DNA of 1,257 bases from Escherichia coli (GTDB lineage Bacteria; Pseudomonadota; Gammaproteobacteria; Enterobacterales; Enterobacteriaceae). The stretch lies in the NCBI RefSeq assembly GCF_003334815.1, contig NZ_QOWO01000102.1; one strand, given 5' to 3'. Under the pieces are notes generated by a model, which saw only the letters and a list, made by a program, of their open reading frames with translations, was not told the origin of the DNA and did no database searches. How positions within the stretch are numbered: position 1 is the first letter of the stretch; the number at the start of each line of letters is the position of its first letter. Made by a program: the position numbers and the translations under genes. Below are positions 1 to 1,257 of this stretch, piece after piece.

Positions 1-35
1 CTGTCGGCTTCCAGTGTCAGGGCCAGTTTCATCAT
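1..35 (-). CDS. 5' end only (11 codons, [11 protein letters not shown]...) of a downstream small gene that continues past the window edge; its position matches the YeeW-like gene that follows CbtA-family toxins
   Basis: Minus-strand ATG at 35..33 overlaps the toxin TGA stop at 34..32 (ATGA), and the frame stays open to position 1. The YeeW-like assignment comes from the conserved gene order of this cassette, not from the 11 residues themselves. Confidence 0.4.
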   Translation of the reverse strand, partial: MMKLALTLEAD

Positions 36-406
36 TTCGCCTCCGGATACTTACCCAGGGTGATATTGTTCACCGTTCTGTAGTTGTGGCGGGTCATCAG
101 GCCTGTTGCCCGGCGAGCCCGGAGAATATCAATGCTGTTGATTAACTGCGACGAGGCTCCTGCGCTGAATCCCGGCTGGTCAGTTCGTACCAGTGCGTAT
201 TTTTCCACGAGAAAGTTCACTGCATCACACAGTGAAATGCCTGCCTCAATATGCTGCTCAATCACGCGTTCATCCACGAACGGTGTGTCATTCAGCGTAA
301 GGCTGTAATGCTGGCCCAGTAGTCGGGAGAGCAGAGTCTGCCAGATGGTGACGGGAGACGGGCAGCACGATACCTCCCGTACATGCGTGTCGGGTAATGT
401 TTTCAT
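32..406 (-). CDS. cbtA: CbtA/YeeV-family toxin of a type IV toxin-antitoxin system (124 aa), the cytoskeleton-targeting toxin family
   Basis: The 124-aa ORF from the track starts MKTLP and ends [11 protein letters not shown]. Its length and long conserved stretches ([80 protein letters not shown]) match the E. coli YeeV/CbtA family as I recall it. Start is ATG 406..404 with an AGGA about 11 nt upstream; stop is TGA 34..32. Which paralogue it is (yeeV, ykfI or ypjF type) cannot be settled without alignment; the length and C-terminus favour yeeV. Confidence 0.9.
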   Translation of the reverse strand: MKTLPDTHVREVSCCPSPVTIWQTLLSRLLGQHYSLTLNDTPFVDERVIEQHIEAGISLCDAVNFLVEKYALVRTDQPGFSAGASSQLINSIDILRARRATGLMTRHNYRTVNNITLGKYPEAK

Positions 407-495
407 ACTGAAGATTTTCCTGATATGCAGAGATAAAAAATGGGACAGTGGCGTGGTGAAAACACCAGGCCGGAGCAGAAGGTTATTCTGGTGGT

Positions 496-864
496 TTACT
501 TTTTCGTTTCAGGTGTCGGATAAACAGCCAGATAAACGTAACCACAGGAGCCGAGGGTGTCTGCTTCACAGGTCAGCCCCTTCGCATACAGTGTCACGGT
601 ATGCTGATGGCGGGGATTCAGTTCACCACTGGTGAGCATTAATTTCAGTTGTTTCATCAGCAGCGGAAAGGCCTGGTCCAGAGGGTACGCATCCGCATCT
701 CTGAACCGGCCTCTGATACCGGCACGGTCGGCAAGGTAATGCAACCGGTTACCCTCCTGCACCAGACGGGCGCCGAAACAGGGCGTCACTGTGCAGGGTA
801 GTCCCCACCAGGGATGGTCGTCATTGTCATCGGGATGCGTTGTCCCGGAAAGTGTGTCTGACAC
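496..864 (-). CDS. cbeA: CbeA/YeeU-family type IV antitoxin (122 aa from a GTG start); cognate antitoxin of the CbtA-family toxin
   Basis: The track ORF 496..972 contains the sequence VSDTLSGTT...[36 protein letters not shown]...[19 protein letters not shown], which matches YeeU/CbeA as I recall it. The GTG at 864..862 sits 7 nt after GAGGA (876..872) and gives the family-typical 122 aa; the stop is TAA 498..496. The gene lies 89 nt upstream of the toxin on the same strand, the usual antitoxin-then-toxin order. Confidence 0.88.
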   Translation of the reverse strand: MSDTLSGTTHPDDNDDHPWWGLPCTVTPCFGARLVQEGNRLHYLADRAGIRGRFRDADAYPLDQAFPLLMKQLKLMLTSGELNPRHQHTVTLYAKGLTCEADTLGSCGYVYLAVYPTPETKK

Positions 865-871
865 GATAAAA

Positions 872-876
872 TCCTC
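872..876 (-). promoter_or_regulatory. Shine-Dalgarno element (GAGGA) for the antitoxin GTG start
   Basis: The minus strand reads ctgtGAGGAttttatcGTG, putting GAGGA 7 nt upstream of the GTG at 864..862. Confidence 0.55.
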
Positions 877-913
877 ACAGAAAATCGGTGAATGATAGTT
901 TAACGATGACGGG

Positions 914-1027
914 TCAGCCGGTGCACAGACCGGCTTCGGTGAAGGTGTATTCGTTGATGAGCAGGACCTCATCCACAGCGGCGTCTGAGCTCAGCCAGTC
1001 GTACTCGTTTTCCGGGTGACGGAACAT
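914..1027 (-). CDS. Hypothetical 37-aa acidic small ORF (MFRHPENEYDWLSSDAAVDEVLLINEYTFTEAGLCTG) between the YeeT-like gene and the antitoxin; not in the supplied track
   Basis: ATG at 1027..1025 overlaps the YeeT-like TGA stop at 1029..1027 (cTGATGttc), and the stop is TGA 916..914. Hand-translated from the sequence. About 28 of 36 third codon positions are G or C and G is enriched at first positions; most codons are E. coli-preferred (CTG, CCG, GAA, AAC, TAC, ACC, GGT, CGT, TTC, ATC). There is no Shine-Dalgarno of its own, so expression would need coupling to the upstream gene. Confidence 0.3.
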   Translation of the reverse strand: MFRHPENEYDWLSSDAAVDEVLLINEYTFTEAGLCTG

Positions 1028-1248
1028 CAGTTCAGGGTGACGCTCATCAGCCGGACATACGGACCAAAACTGTCCTTACGGCGTTCTGCAAACACGGCCA
1101 GCACACCGGGAATATCCTGCACTTCACGACCGGTATACGCTTCAGCACTGCCGTGCCAGCGGTATTTGCCGGTACAGAACGGAAAAAGACGGGATGCCGG
1201 ATGCTGACGGTGAATACGCATGGCTTCGCCACGGGTGATGATTTTCAT
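1027..1248 (-). CDS. yeeT: YeeT-like small protein (DUF987 family, 73 aa) conserved immediately upstream of CbeA/CbtA modules
   Basis: The 73-aa track ORF MKIITRGEAMRIHRQHPASRLFPFCTGKYRWHGSAEAYTGREVQDIPGVLAVFAERRKDSFGPYVRLMSVTLN matches YeeT/YkfH/YpjJ-type proteins as I recall them. It has an ATG at 1248..1246 and a TGA at 1029..1027. Its ribosome-binding site and promoter lie beyond the window edge. Confidence 0.85.
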   Translation of the reverse strand: MKIITRGEAMRIHRQHPASRLFPFCTGKYRWHGSAEAYTGREVQDIPGVLAVFAERRKDSFGPYVRLMSVTLN

Positions 1249-1257
1249 AGTGGGATA

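Noticed and set aside
84-308. Plus-strand 74-aa ORF
   Set aside because: It lies wholly antisense to the well-supported toxin gene. The product is arginine-rich and low-complexity, as expected for a shadow frame, and has no convincing ribosome-binding site.
345-635. Plus-strand 96-aa ORF spanning the toxin start, the spacer and the antitoxin 3' end
   Set aside because: It is antisense to two recognisable genes, the translation looks like junk (runs of R, S and W, poor codons), and it is a shadow ORF.
892-903. Promoter-like hexamers TTAAAC and TATCAT on the minus strand upstream of the antitoxin
   Set aside because: The two hexamers are directly adjacent rather than separated by the roughly 17 bp a sigma-70 promoter needs, so no promoter is called.
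865-972. N-terminal extension of the antitoxin from the ATG at 972
   Set aside because: It has no Shine-Dalgarno, poor codon usage and is not part of the recognisable antitoxin sequence. The GTG at 864 with GAGGA upstream fits the family length.
1016-1207. Plus-strand 63-aa ORF
   Set aside because: It is antisense to the YeeT-like gene, has no family resemblance and has a composition typical of an antisense frame.
1047-1232. Minus-strand 61-aa ORF in an alternative frame inside the YeeT-like gene
   Set aside because: It is nested out of frame within the 73-aa ORF that matches the DUF987 family. It is an overlapping-frame artefact.
1-1257. Search for CRISPR repeats, tRNA or rRNA genes, and insertion-sequence terminal inverted repeats
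   Set aside because: There are no regularly spaced direct repeats, no tRNA-like structure and no long terminal inverted repeats. The window is almost entirely covered by the four protein-coding features.

Overview
This 1257-bp window carries a known toxin-antitoxin cassette, all on the minus strand in operon order: a YeeT-like DUF987 gene (1248..1027), a CbeA/YeeU-family type IV antitoxin (864..496, GTG start), a CbtA/YeeV-family toxin (406..32), and the first 11 codons of a downstream gene whose ATG overlaps the toxin stop (35..1). This is the well-described CbtA-CbeA module of enterobacterial cryptic prophages and integrated elements (CP4-44-like), so I do not see evidence of a genuinely undescribed system. 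The least explained element is the 162-bp spacer between the YeeT-like gene and the antitoxin. It holds a 37-codon ORF absent from the supplied track, with strongly coding-like codon usage and an ATG that overlaps the YeeT-like stop (TGATG). No tRNA, rRNA, CRISPR repeats or insertion-sequence ends are visible. All identifications rest on reading the sequence and recalling the protein families; no searches were run.
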